The notes: generated from the sequence alone by a model not told the origin. A stretch of DNA of 64,000 bases from the human T2T-CHM13v2.0 reference genome, Homo sapiens (GCF_009914755.1 NC_060934.1); one strand, 5' to 3'. Numbered from the stretch's first letter, positions 28,099-41,697 are shown. Made by a program: numbers and translations.

Positions 28099-30020
28099 TG
28101 GGAAAATGAAGGTTGGCATGATTTCCTGCGGCAATGCCCTCCCGTTTTATGCCTTAATAAGGGCTAGAAAGAAAACATTTTCCTCGAGCTGCATGCGAAT
28201 ATCGCCCAAAGTGCAGCTCCCCGCGGAGGCCCCGTGCACCCTTCCAACTGTGATGCGACAGAGATGGGGGAAAATGAGTTAAAGTATGAGGATAATCGGT
28301 AAAGTGACACAAAAAGGTTGCAAATGGCCTCACTTGAAGCGTTTGTATTTTAAAGGTCTCAGGCAATGACAGCGCATGGAAGTTGGCTGGGTAGTTTATT
28401 CTAGACACGTGTGTTTGTGACTCAGCCTTTCACGTGCTGGGTTTTAGGAGTCATTATTCATCTGAAGTAGCAGAAAAGGGATGGCGTTTCCCCCACGCCG
28501 GCCAGTCCCTTCCCGGTTTTTCATCCGAGCACTTGCTGTGGGAGGAACATTTGATCCCAGCGGTCGTGGCGTCAGGCCGCCTGCTCACTGGAGGGAGGAT
28601 TTCCATTAGAAAATTTCAAATTCAAAGTTGGAGGCAGCTGCACCGAGAGTGTGAGAGATAATGTCACCCAGACGTGGCCCCTGAAAGTAACTCTTGCATC
28701 GTGCCTTCCTTTTTTGGAAAAGGGCACTACCGTATGTGCTTAAATGGTGAATTGGACAGGAAGTGATTCAAATTCATTTTTTTCTCCTTCAGATCATTTA
28801 GGCAAATTAATATCCAATAGCACATATTTCTTGTCCTTCTTTATATTCTCACTAAAAGCAAAGCAAGGTAGAGACATCCTGGAATGCTGTAATCTTCTCT
28901 GGGGTAAAAGCAATTATGGAAACTGGTATTATCAGGAAAAAAGCTCTACTAGGTAGTAAGCCTAGAATTCCACTTGGAGGTTCAGTAAGTCAGCTCTTGA
29001 TATGGCTGGGAAAGGATGGGAAAACTTGCTCTCTTTCGTATATTGGAACTTAAGTTTTTAAATTTCCTCTTTCCTTTTCTTATTTTCCTGGTCTGCCCCC
29101 ACCAATGCCCACCAAGTGAATTTGCTAATGCCATGTGTCACCTCGCTTAATAATGAGGATTTTGTCAGAATACTTGCACACGCAGCTTTCTGGGACACCA
29201 TCCCAAGGTGGGGTGGACCCAGCGACTGTGAGAGTCCATTTTCATGAAGAATCCTGAAAAGAGCCTGCCCTGAGAATCACGAGATGGGATTTTGTCTTCG
29301 GTCGTATGATCAGCTAGCCAGGAAGTTACTTAATTTTACTAGTCTCTGCTTCCTCCTGTGAATCCCCAGGATAGGCACTCTGTGAGGAAAGGGGTTCCCA
29401 AGCCAGCCTTTCCCCGCAGCTCAGCCCCAAAGCACGGGACAGAGCCTTTGCATGGCAGGCGCTCACTAAAGATTCCTTGAGTGAATGAAAGGGGGCAAAA
29501 TTCACATCCCTATCAGTCCCACATCACTCTGAAATAGGCCTTCTTAGTGGGGAGGTAAAAAGAATTTAAGCATAGAAAGACAGATGAGACAAAACAGGCG
29601 ATATTTGTTACTTTGTACGTGAGAGGCCAACCCGTTAGAAAAGCAAGTGCTCCAGCAGTGAGAGCGATGGATCCGAAACTCCCCGATCAGATCAGAAGAT
29701 ACTGTGTTGGCCGCATGAGCTTCGGTCTCAGCCCTCTAAGTAGAAGCAGTGAAGTCAGAAAAAGTGAACTCAGAGCTGATCCACTCTACCACGTTCTCAT
29801 GCCAGAACCCCCTGGATGACCTGTTCAATTCCCACACAAGCGATGACTTCTAGAGTTTCCAGGTGAATGCTCCCAATTTCCCTTCACAACTGTACCTGTT
29901 TGCCTTGGAATGCGTCTGCTTCATCTGTGGAAACGTAGCCTGTGAGGACGGAGCTCTGCACTCCAAGCTCCTGGAAACAATAACGTCCCTGGACCTCCCC
30001 AAGGGGTGTCAGATGGAGCC

Positions 30021-31003
30021 TTCCATGTAACATCTGCATGTAGTGTTGTCATACGCCTGCATTCCGTGTAATGTCTGCATGTGGTGTGGTCATATGCCTG
30101 CATTCCGTGTAACATCTGCACATGGTATTGTCATACACATGCATTCCGTGTAACATGTGCATGTGGTATTGCCATATGCAAGTATTCCGTGTAAAGTCTG
30201 TACACAAAGTGGTCATACGCATTCATTCCGTGTAATGTCTGCATGTGATATTGTCATACGCATGCATTCCTTGTAATGTCTGCATGTGGTGTGGTCATAC
30301 GCCTATATTCCATGTAATGTCTGCATGTGGTGTGGTCATATGCATGCATTCCATGTAACGTCTGCCTGTGGTGTGGTCATACACATGCATTCCATGTAAC
30401 ATCTGCATGTGGTATTGTCATATGCATGTATTCCATGTAACATCTGTATATGGTGTGGTCATACGCATGCATTCCACGTAACGTCTGCATGTGGTGTGGT
30501 CATATGCCTGCATTCCATGTAACGTCTGCACGTGGTATGGTCATACACACGCATTCTGTGTAATGTGTGCATGTGGTATTGCCATATGCATGTATTCCAT
30601 GTAACGTCTGTACACGGTGTGGTCATATGCATTCATTCCGTGTAATGTCTGCATGTGATATTGTCATACGCATGCATTCCTTATAACGTCTGCATGTGGT
30701 GTGGTCATACGCCTATATTCCATGTAACGTCTGCATGTGGTGTGGTCACATGCATGCATTCCATGTAACGTCTGCATGTGGTGTGGTCATACACATGCAT
30801 TCCATGTAACATCTGCATGTGGTATTGTCATATGCATGTATTCCGTGTAACATCTGTACATGGTGTGGTCATACGCATGCATTCTGTGTAACGACTGCAG
30901 GTGGTGTGGTCATATGCATGCGTTTGTGTAGTGTCTGTATGTTGGTATTGTCATATGAATGCATTCTGTGTAACATCCACATGTGGTGTCATATGCTTGC
31001 ATC
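30021..31003. repeat. 41-bp minisatellite, about 24 copies
   Basis: Unit TTCCATGTAACGTCTGCATGTGGTGTGGTCATATGCATGCA; TTCC at 30021 and 30062 onward. Confidence 0.97.
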
Positions 31004-31274
31004 GTAGGGGCCTACTTTTGTGTCTGAGGAGCTCCCTGAAGGACCCTGCAGCTGGGCCAGCAGAGAGCCATCATCCCCGGTGCCCTACTGTGGTTCAGGT
31101 GGTGTGGAACGGAGGTGTGGTGCTCTCTGTCAGCCCCGGGCCCTACCTTTGGGTCCGTTTGACTTCTCTGTTGCTGTGATGCCCATATTATCAGAACATG
31201 AAAAAGTCATTCCACTCAGGATTTGGGACTGGCCATGGCACAGTTAGCAAAACCAATGGCCTGAGGGTTTTTCA

Positions 31275-31379
31275 CCCTGCATCATGGATCTTGTAACTCT
31301 TACCTCCCTTCGCCCTGCATGGATCTTGTAACTCTTACCTCCCTTTGCCCTGCATGGATCTTGTAACTCTTACCTCCCT
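31275..31379. repeat. 35-bp tandem repeat, 3 copies
   Basis: CATGGATCTTGTAACTCTTACCTCCCT at 31283, 31318 and 31353. Confidence 0.93.
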
Positions 31380-31689
31380 CTGATTCCTTGAAACAGTAAC
31401 CATAGAGTATTCAAATAATTGCCATGTAGGCTGCCTTCTGCCAACTGGAAATGTCTTTTCAGAAGCTCACACACCCTGGGCAAATCCTTTCCTCTAGAAT
31501 GAGTCCCTTGCTGTCCCTACCTGGGAATTCCACTTCAGAAGAGGCTCTACTGAGCACTTGGGAAAAGCTCGCATTGGCATATTTGCTAGTGTTTTCCATA
31601 AAACCAAAACGTTTAAGTAGAATAAATATCCAACAAAAACTAAATTAAGTGTATCCATACACAGGAGCATATGCGGTTTTAACTCGGTA

Positions 31690-31985
31690 GCACATTTGCT
31701 TACAGATTTTCATATAATACATTGTTAGGTTAAAAATCCAGTTTCTGACTGAACCATATGCATCATATGACCCTGTTTTTGTAATAAAACTGTATTTATA
31801 TTTACAGTTTGCAAATGTCTATGTATGTATGTGTATAAAAATATATCTGGAAGGACACAAATCAAAATTGAAGAAGCACTTATATCTGGCTGGTGGGGTT
31901 ATGAGTGACTTTTCACTTTCATTTTTAATATCTGTCTGAATTCTCTAGACTTTTACCATGGCCATACTTTATATTTTTTAAAACA
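31690..31985 (+). mobile_element. Old L1ME-type 3' fragment
   Basis: ATATCTGGAAGGACACAAATCAAAATTG...TCTGGCTGGTGGGGTTATGAGTGACTTTTCAC. Confidence 0.55.
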
Positions 31986-32915
31986 CACACATGAAAAGCT
32001 AAACTTAGGGAAGAAAGAACAATGAGTCAGACTTTCCCATCTGACATCTGATGATAACTAAATCATTTAGGCCAATTAATTAATAGATGTAGGGAACATT
32101 TGCTAATCACCAAACTTGCATTACTTTTTGACATTTCAATACAAAGTGGCAAGAACCACATTGCTTAGTTTGTCTGCTGTTTGGCCAAAATGGCTAGACT
32201 AAAAATCTGAGTTAAGGTCATTCTGTGTGCATTTTTGGCTAATATGTATCACCTCCTATGATAAGAAAATTATGGAAAAATTACTTCACACATTTCCTGG
32301 GTGGTGGGCACTGAGGCTTCTCAGAGAACACTATTTTCTACACATGTTGATATCAAATGATATTTGAATATTTACTACATATGTAGCATTGAGATGCAAG
32401 CTTTTCAGATGGTTCCTGGACCTTTTTCATTTCTGAGAATAAGACCTCGATTTACGCAGAAATGTTTAATTTGACAGAATACATTTCAGAAACGTCAAAT
32501 GGGTTAGTCTAGGTCCAGCCCCACTGTCATCCTGAAGTTTTCTTCTTTGAGTTCAGGATCACTTGGAATAGACCCTGAGGCTGCCCTTCAGGGACTCGGA
32601 ATTAATACTCCCATGTGCTCAGCAAGTACAGGCGGCCCGGAGTCGGGTGAGGTGGCTGTAAAAACTCTGTATTAGTCGTAGAAACTGCATGTTTAAAAGC
32701 TGCCACAAGTTCTGTTTATGACGGGCATGGCATTACTCCCCCAACCATAGATGAGTTGGGTCCCAGGCATCTCGGGTGACAATAGAATGTAGTGGTTAAA
32801 AGCAAGTCTTTGAAGCCCAATGGACTCAGGTGTGGATTCGGACTCAGCTCCTAACCACCTGTACTGTCTTAGACATTTAAAACCTCGCTTCAGTCTTTTA
32901 TATACATATTCCCTA

Positions 32916-33547
32916 TGTAAACCAAAAATAACATTCTAAGGCCCCCTAAGCTTCTGAATGCACTTCCTCCCCAGCCAGGGCTCTTTTAAAATTTAACCTG
33001 AGAGACTGTTTGAGGCAATGTTGGGAAGTCGGGGTCAGACATGCCTCATGATGCCTCTCCGGCATTAACAGCAACACAGACCTTAAGTCTGATAAGAAAC
33101 ATTTACAGCCTCTTCTCTCTGAAGCCTGCTACCTGGAGGCTTCATCTGCATGATAAAACTTCGATCTCCACCAACTCTTATTGCAACCCAGATGTTTCTT
33201 TCTGTTGATTCCAGGACTTTGGACAAATTCAACCAATTGTCAAACAGAAAATGCTTAAATCTATCTATAAGCTGGAAGGGCACCCCCCCATCCACCCCCC
33301 ACTACCCCCAACCCCTTCCCTGCTTCAAGTTTTTCCACCTTTCTGGACCAAATCAATGTATTTCTTAAATGTATTTGATTGAAGTCTCATAGCTCCCTAG
33401 AATATATAAAACCAAGCTGCGCCCCGACCACCTTGGACACATGTTCTCAGGATCTCCTGAGGGCTGTGTCGTGGGCCGGGTCACCCATATTTGGCTCGGA
33501 ATAAATCTCTTCAAATATTTTACAGAGTTGGACTCTTTTCATTGACA
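32916..33547 (+). mobile_element. ERV1 solo LTR, MER4 family, inserted into a MIR
   Basis: TGTAAACCAAAAATAACATTCTAAGGCCCCC start; TATATAAAACCAAGCTG; GAATAAATCTCTTCAAATATTTTACAGAGTT...TTGACA end; flanks CCTA/CTTA; MIR halves at about 32785-32915 and 33548-33665. Confidence 0.88.
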
Positions 33548-35449
33548 CTTAGTTAAACATGTCTACTCCACAAGATTGTTACGAAAAATGAAAGGAATTT
33601 CTGATAACCACACAATTGTCAGGAGCAAGGGAAACATTCTGTGAATGGTAATCATCATTATTTTAGTGTTGAGACCCTGCCTTTGTGATATTGTCAGAGT
33701 TGCTAAAATACATGGCTACCTCTCAGTTCTCAGAGAGCCTCACGTTTGAAGTAGCTGCTAGTAACAGAGGTTGTCTTCATATAACCAGATAGACAGGGAT
33801 CAGAGACAATTGATCTCTGGCCTCACAAACTATAGGAATCTGAGAGAAAAAGCCACAGGACACTGCCTCTAAGAGGGGGAGGTGGAAGGCAGGAAAATTC
33901 GCTGTGGGGTGTCTGATGCCTGAGAGTCAGAGGGCAGTAAAACAAAGGGTGGCTGAAGGCCTTTCCTGCAAACCAGAAACCAGTGTCCCCAGCTAGCCAT
34001 GGTGTAAACCCCGACTCCCAGGAAGGTCCAGGCCCAGATGCCACCTTCTGTCTGTGATGAGGACGAGGACAACGTCTCCACTTTTGCATGCTCCAGCTCC
34101 TTCTGTCACTCAGTGTGTGTGTCAGGTGGTCCAGTATGTACTAGGGACTCTTACAGACACATGCCAACCCTACACATGTCCCTCTTCTCAGCAATCATTC
34201 CTCTCCTTCTTCCTTTGCCCGTTTATACGTTAGTTATTGAACTCGTGGATCTTAGCCCCATTTTTCAGTAGCCTCTAAAGACTGTTGCACTTCTACTTCT
34301 CAGAATACTTCCGAGGTCCTCAGAGGACAGCGTGCCTGCAGCTCAGGCCAGGCCCCTTCATGCTGGGCTCCAAGCTCACCATGGCTCCTAACCAGACACC
34401 TTGTTTGTGCCGCTCCAGTCCCCATGGCAGGAGCGACTCCTCTCTCTCACCAGTGCGAGGATCACAATGTTATTGCTTATAAAGCCCTTAAGCTCTCTTT
34501 CAGGTGAGTTTCAAATCGTTATCTCCTTACACCCAGCAGACAGATGTGAGTCCGCTGCTTGGTGACATCATCCTTTTGTTAGAAGAGCACCGACTCACGT
34601 TTCTATAGCAAATCGATAACACTATGTGACAAATCCAAAATCGACAATGGCTATTTCTTAGCTTTAGGTTTTATTTTTCTTCAGAGAGAAACAAGTATGG
34701 CAAATATCTGTGAATTTCTGTTTAATCTGATGACAAATTAATTAATAATGATAACAAATGGTTATCTACTTAGATATGTAACGTAGGCAGTGGAAGTAAT
34801 ATTTTATCCGAACATTAGAACCAAGATTTTGTGTAAGTGCAAGAGGACATAGTCTCCACCCCACTGTGTTACAGATCAGGAAGTTGGAGGTGGCTCGGTT
34901 ACAGGGTTAAGTTACATGCACGTCACGCAGCCCTGAGCTGGGGAAACCAAGAACAAAGCCCCTATGCTTGCTGGGCCATCCCACCCCCTCACATTAGATT
35001 TGCTTAAAGAACCTGCCAGAGGCTTCGTCTGGAATAGCACCTCGGTCTCATTCATCTCTATCACGAGTTTCTGCATTTTGACCATGAGCCTGTTCCAACA
35101 TTTCAGATTCTCCACTCATCATTAAAATAACTTTATTCCAACCTTGCAGCTTCCAAATTAATACTGACTCTTTCCTTATCAGAAACAAGCAATGATTTAG
35201 AGTATCATGAAATAAAATCAAAATGTTTTACCTTGAGGCTTAATTCTCTCTAAAATCTAGTCAGATGCTCCCCATCCCAGTTTCACCATTATATCAGCAC
35301 AAATCTTGAACATTTCATTTTCTAATCTGTCATCCTTTTAATCTCCTATTTTATAAATGCTCTTTTCTGTATAAATGGCCTGCATATTATAAACAGTATT
35401 GAATAGCTTGTTTCTTTCTCTAATCAACCTGATCTGTCTACTCAATATC

Positions 35450-35572
35450 CACCCATGCATCCATCCATCCATCCATCCATCTACTCATTCATTCACCTAT
35501 TCATTTTTTAATTAAGCATTTCATTAATTTATTCAGCACTTACTATATTCTAGACAGTATCCTGGGGATATG

Positions 35573-35617
<45 letters not shown>

Positions 35618-35750
35618 TAGAGAGAGAGAGAATAGATGATAGGTAGATAATTCTTTGTCACTATCTTTAAGGTACACAAAATTTTGTAGGAGAGTCTGAG
35701 ACATACAAACTTCTTATAATACAATGAATGTATTTGGTGCAATAGAGCAA
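35450..35750 (-). mobile_element. L2 3' end with (CCAT)n tail
   Basis: CCAT/TCAT repeats followed by TTTATTCAGCACTTACTATATTCTAGACAGTATCCTGGGGATA. Confidence 0.6.
35574..35617. repeat. (AGAT)11 tetranucleotide STR
   Basis: Perfect AGAT run followed by (AG)n. Confidence 0.95.
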
Positions 35751-37233
35751 AAATAGGGTCAGGACTTTATGACTACTAAGCCTCACAGGTGTTTTGATGC
35801 CTATGGAATCACCACATATAAGTCCCACTAATTCAGTCGCCATTTGTGACTAACGTGTCCAATATTCAGTAGGAAAGATATAAAAGAAAATAATTAGAGT
35901 TCCTTAATATCTCTTTGGTCCACCAGCAGGCATCCATGTTTGTGATCTTCTGGGCAATTTTCAGACCTGCTGGCGTCACAAGTTCCTCCAACCAGACTTG
36001 GATAATGGGTCAATCAGCAAGAAGCACTTTTCCTGAGCCCAAGTTCTAAAACCTCCACAGCAACAGCCCTAATGAAAAATGTAGTATCTCCCACTTCTCC
36101 TTTCTATTGCCTTTTTGTTTGGTTTTCACAGGAATCTATTTCTGAGTGTTTGCTGTAGGCAGACACTTTCCTCATCTCCACCTTTGATTACGAGAACAGC
36201 ACAGCCCGGTGGCTGCCCGGGGGGAGGTGGTAGGCAGGGTCAGAGTGCACACGCGCGTGTGTTCATGTGTGCTGTGTACAGGTGCTGTGAGGGTCCAGGA
36301 ACTGCTGGCTATCACAGTGAGCGGTGACACAAAGGCCTGTAATTCTATGTTGAGAATAATATTTCCAGCCTAGAACTAGCAGTCTGGCTGGAATGAAATA
36401 CACAGAAAATAGTCAGGATAGTCCAGTCTATGTCTGAGCCTCCAGATTTAAAGATAATTTATATCCACAAATACATACTGCTATGTCTTTTTACCTTTCC
36501 ATTTTCACAGCTAGCTGCCAATTTAAGTAAGCATCCTTGCTTTAGTTAAGGGCTTTAGTAATAAAATAATAATAATAACTTCACGAACAGGAAGAGATTC
36601 TATAAATCCTGAGTTTCACACCAGGAAACCACCCCAGAAAACACTTTTTGTACTAATAGCTGTAAAAAAAGGTCAGGTACCTGACTTAAATAATTGCTTT
36701 CCTTTTTGTATGTTTGGGGGAGGAGGAATTTCTGGTTCTACTTGTAACACGTGCATATGAGGTTACACAAAGATTTCTTTCCTGGAAAACTGGAAATAAG
36801 CATAATCAAAACTGTAAAATGATCAAATACTGGTGCAATTATTTTCTTCAGGAATCTCACGATTTCATCTGCGGGAGTGGATCTGAAATCTAAAATCTGA
36901 AAACATTTATTTCACTTTATGATTCTTTTTATTCCACATTCTTCTCTAATTTTTTCCTTGACTGAAACATTGGTATCTCTGTTTCTCATGGTCTCTCTTC
37001 GCCTCAGCCGTGCAGTTCTGTGGGTATCTAGGGGGCCTTTTCAGTTCAAAGTACATCAGCAGCCCGACGCTGGTGGTCCACGTTTTCCTGTCGGCTCTGT
37101 GGGTTGCATCTGTGTCCTGTTACCTCGGAGGGGTTGTATGTGCGTCCTGAGAGGAAGACAGCCTGGGAAGACAGGGTGGCTTGCAGAAGACGCCCACCAT
37201 TTGCACAGAGCTAGCCGAGGCAGCTGGCCTGAA

Positions 37234-37563
37234 CATGTGTGCATGCGTGTGCGTGCATGTATGGGTGTGTATGTGTATGCTCATGTGCTTGTGTGTTTAT
37301 GTGTGTGTATGTGCGTATGTGAGCATGTACGTGTGTGCGCATGTGTATGTTCATGTGCTTGTGTGTGTGCGCGTGTCTGCGTGCGTTTATGTGCGTGTAT
37401 GTGCATGTGTGTGAGCGTGTATGCTCATGTGCACGTGTGTCTGTGTGTGAGCACGTATGGGTGTGTGTGCGTGTGTGCTTATGTGCGTGTGTGCATGCAT
37501 ATATGTGCATGTGCATGTATGCACGTGTTTGTGTATGTGTGTATGCGTGCATGTGCATCTGTG
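37234..37563. repeat. Degenerate (TG)n-rich tract
   Basis: Alternating purine-pyrimidine TGTGTGCATGTGTAT sequence. Confidence 0.93.
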
Positions 37564-37724
37564 TTGAGGGGCTGTTGCTCAGGAAGCGAGGGACAGGGCA
37601 TGTCCTAGGTAGAGACAGCTTTCTGGGGAAAGCCTTGTTCTAAGGCAGCAGGGCGGTCTTGCACTTGCGCGGCTGCTCCTGGGATTTGGAAAGGACACAG
37701 GTGGGAAGTTGGAGAGATGGCCTG

Positions 37725-37784
37725 GGGCAGGTGGGGTAGGTGGGGCAGGTGGGGCAGATGGGGCAGGTGGTGCAGATGGGGCAG
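37725..37784 (+). repeat. 9-bp G-rich repeat (GGGGCAGGT)n
   Basis: About 6.5 units, most with a GGGG run. Confidence 0.85.
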
Positions 37785-37873
37785 TCATTAACGAGCATGC
37801 CTGGAACCCCATCCCTAGTCTTGTAGAGGAGGCAAGGAGCTGTCCAACTGTCTCTTAAGAGTGGCACAGTCAG

Positions 37874-38279
37874 TGCTATGGTTTGGAGGTTTGTCCCCTC
37901 CAGATCTCATGTTGAAACGTGATCCCCAGTGTTGGAGGTGGGGCCTGGTGGGGGATGCTGGGGTCAGGGGTGGATCCCTCACGATTATCTTGGTGCTGTC
38001 CTCCTGGTTATGAATGAGTTCTTGCTCTGTGTGTTGCAGTGAGAGCTGATTGGTAGGAAGAGCCTGGCCCCTCCCACCGCCTCTCCCACCACGTGATCTC
38101 TGCACAGGCCGCTCCCCTCCCCATCGGCCACGAGTGAAGCTTCCTGGGGCCTCACCAGATGCAGATGCTGGTGCCACGCTTCCTGTACAGCCTGCAGAGC
38201 CATGGCTGCACAAACCTTTCTTCCTCATAAATCACCCAGCCTCGGGTGTTCCTTTCTAGCAACACACACGGACTGAGCC
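37874..38279 (+). mobile_element. MSTB-type (ERVL-MaLR) solo LTR
   Basis: TGCTATGGTTTGGA...TCTCATGTTGAAA; GCAGATGCTGGTGCCACGCTTCCTGTACAGCCTGCAGA; ATAAATCACCCAGCCTCGGGT. Confidence 0.88.
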
Positions 38280-40559
38280 GGATGACATGAAGCAGCTGTT
38301 CCCGCCTCCTCCTGGCACCTCCCTGACTCACGCACTTGGTGCGTGGAGGGGTCGTGAGCGGGCACAGGCAGCCACTTCGCTGCTTGCCTCATCAGCCTCA
38401 CAGTTCCCCACAGGTGAGTCCTGGCATAGAAACATCCCCTGCATCTTAATTTGCATTTGTTAATAATTATGTGAAATAGAGAAAATAACTTATTTGTGCA
38501 CAGCTCTGACTTCCAAACGAAACCACTCCAGCTTTTTGGAAGCTTCCGCATTTGGGGATGATATTAACCAAGTGACCACAGACGAGAGAGGCACTGCCCT
38601 TCTCTTTAACCCAGAAACTGGTCAGGAGCCTGAGGAGAATGACAAAGGGAAAGAATTCTTACAGGAACTTCTCCCTCCGCTTCCCTCAGTTTAAAACTAC
38701 AGTGCTCGCCACAGAATCTCACTTCCAATTCCTTGTGGAGAACTGCTTCTTGTACTTATCGCATCCTCATTTACGATATGACTCTGCTAGTATTTTAAAT
38801 ACATGTCTAGCGTTCCTTATAGAGACATTCTCATCCCCACATAGATCGGTGGTTATGAGGGAGTTTTCTTTCCTATGCCTAGGATTCTGTTTTGATGATT
38901 TTTACGGGGTTTGCTTACAGTAGTAACTCAGCAAACTGCCTGATGATATTTAAAAACTTCTTCCTCCTTGATTTTCATTTTAAATCAAGCAAACACAATA
39001 ATCCACAAAAACTAAATTAAAATCAATGCCCTTAACATGACTGGCAAGAAGAATGCTGTTTCTGTTGTAAGAAGACTTGCTATACATAACAGGATGATTA
39101 GAAAGACTTGCTGTAAAAAGACTTGATATACATAACAGGATGATATACATAACAGGATGATTAGAAAGTTAAAAATATAATATTGTGAGATGCTATTTGG
39201 TTTGGTAAGACGGGGGTCAGATAGTCTATCAGAATAATTTTCTTCCGTTTGATCACACATCTCATCAGAGGAGCAGGAGAGCCGTCCAGCGTGAGATATT
39301 TGAAGGGGTGTTGGCAAGAACATCAGATGGACGACAGGGGAGAGGGGCCCAGCTGCACGGGGAGAAGCCGATGAGGGATGGGTCTTTGCTGTCATCAACA
39401 TTCACAAATTTATCATTCTGGATGCACAAATTAAAATTATTCACTAAGCAAGAATGCCATTGAACTGAACGTTATAAAAATCCTGGAGTAAGTAGAAAAA
39501 TGCCAGGCTGATATATCTGTGCAGTAAGAGGCATATAATTCTGCCTCCATCAATAACAGCCCCCACACTTTATGGACTCCCCTCTTGGAGGTGGCTGTGA
39601 ATAACCCGAATGCATGTGCAGCCTCTCGACAAACTCGTGTCTGCGGCTGTGGGCTACGTTCTCGCCAATGGCTGTGTCTTCGGCCAACACACCTGAGCTT
39701 ACTGCATTAATGTTACTGTGCGATACAGCAGCTCCGCGCCTCCTGTGAGTGCCCGTGTTCACTTCCTAAACTGCTGGTCTACCCAGATTTTTAAAGGGAC
39801 ATATCAAATACTGTTCCTCCATTTCTGGTTCCTTTCAAGCTGCGTTGGTATCGATGTTTGGAACCCCTGGCCACATTTCATATTTATGTAACTGATCTGA
39901 CAGTGCACGTGAATCTATGAGCAGTTACTTATTGAGTCCCTGCTGTATGTGAGGCTCTCAGGAAGGACTTATGGATGCGCCAAAGTACTGCTGATGATAA
40001 TGGTGTGAGGAACACACTTTTACTCCTGTTTTATAGAGGTAAACCGTGGTATAGAATTTCACGTTACTTGTCTGAGGTCTTTGGTCATCCCAGCAGCGCC
40101 CGGTGTGAGCCCTCTCAAGTTCTCCATGGTTTTCCCATCACCCACACCCCTCCTGTCATGCTGGTTGATGGCACTCTTGCCCGTTGGGTGAGAAAGCCCT
40201 TTCCTGGACAGGTGATGCCCTTTGTAGTGAAAACAGTTAGATGCTGTCATGTTTGGTCAGAAGCTGAACCACAGATTTTAGAATGAGGCAATGATGGCCT
40301 GAGAGGGAAGTGGATTCTGTTGACACCAGCAGAATGTGTGGAATTGGGATTTTGAAAGTGTATTTACCCAGTGGCATGTGGTCCCAAGCGGGATCTGCCC
40401 TCTATGAGCTCCAGACTGGACTCGTCCTGCCCCTGTGGTCTGTCCCTTCCTAGGTTCCCACGGTTCTCTCTTTCCCCACAATGTAGCTTTGCTTTGGACT
40501 AGTTTTTGGGACAAGATGTTGCTTGTGAGGTGGGTCTGACTGCAGGAGCCAAGCAGCAC

Positions 40560-40892
40560 CACCCCAACAAATCCTCCAATCAGTCCACGCACCATGCCCA
40601 ACACCAATCCTCCAATCAGTCCACGCACCATCCCCAACACCAATCCTCCAATCAGTCCACGCACCATCCCCAACACAAATCCTCCAATCAGTCCACGCAC
40701 CATGCCCAACACCAATCCTCCAATCAGTCCACGCACCATCCCCAACACAAATCCTCCAATCAGTCCACGCACCATGCCCAACACCAATCCTCCAATCAGT
40801 CCATGCACCATCCCCAACACAAATCCTCCAATAAGTCCATGCACCATCCCCAACACAAATCCTCCAATCAGTCCATGCACCATGCCCAACAC
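40560..40892. repeat. 36-bp minisatellite, about 9 copies
   Basis: Unit CCCAACACMAATCCTCCAATCAGTCCAYGCACCATS. Confidence 0.96.
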
Positions 40893-41369
40893 TGCGAGTC
40901 CCCCACAGATTGAGGGGGAAGATTAGGGAAGGCGAGGACCTGAGAAATCTGACTCCCTGGGGTCATCAGCACCCACGAGACATCTGCCTGAATCCGCCCC
41001 TGCACAGTAGCTATGGCCATCCTTGGCCCTGGGCCCCACACCCTTCCACTCTTCCGATGCAACGTCACCTCTCCTGTGACCCCTTCCATAGTTTTCCCCT
41101 CACCGACACCCTTATCACCAGATTCTAAACATTTTCAAATCTCCCCCATTTAAAAAATAGCCCTTGTTGGAGCCCCTCTGCCCCTGCAACTCAGTAGCTT
41201 CCACGGGAGGGGGAGGCTTCCCCAGGAGACAGAATGATGTCAGCAGAAACTATTGGTTGTGAGACTTGCGGGCAGTGCTGCTGCATGTAGAGGGCAGAGT
41301 TCAGGGGCACGCGCAGGGCAAAGGACAGGGTATCTCCACCACCAGTGCATGGCTGGGAAGCCGCTCTCT

Positions 41370-41697
41370 GCTCCCCTGTGACTGCGGGCACACGTCCACT
41401 GCCCCCTGCCACCACGGACACCCATCCACTGAACCCTGCCACTGCAGGGACCCATCCATTGCTCCCGCCACCGCAGGCACCCATTCACTGCCCCTGCCAC
41501 TGTGGGCACCCATCCACTGCTCCTGCCACTGTGGGCACCCGTCAACTGTCCCTGTCAATGTGGGCACCTGTCCACTACCTCATGCCACCATGGGCGCTTA
41601 TCCACTGCTTCTGCCAGTGCTGGTACCTGTCCACTGCCCCTGCCAATGCGGGCACCCACCCACTGCTCCTGCCACCTTGGGCACCCGTCCACTGCCT
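41370..41697. repeat. Diverged 29-30-bp minisatellite, about 11 copies
   Basis: CACTGCYCCTGCCACTGTGGGCACCCRTC variants. Confidence 0.85.

Noticed and set aside
40278-40926. Gly/Leu-rich membrane-like and Pro-rich repeat ORFs
   Set aside because: A 36-bp VNTR open in several frames at once indicates an artefact.
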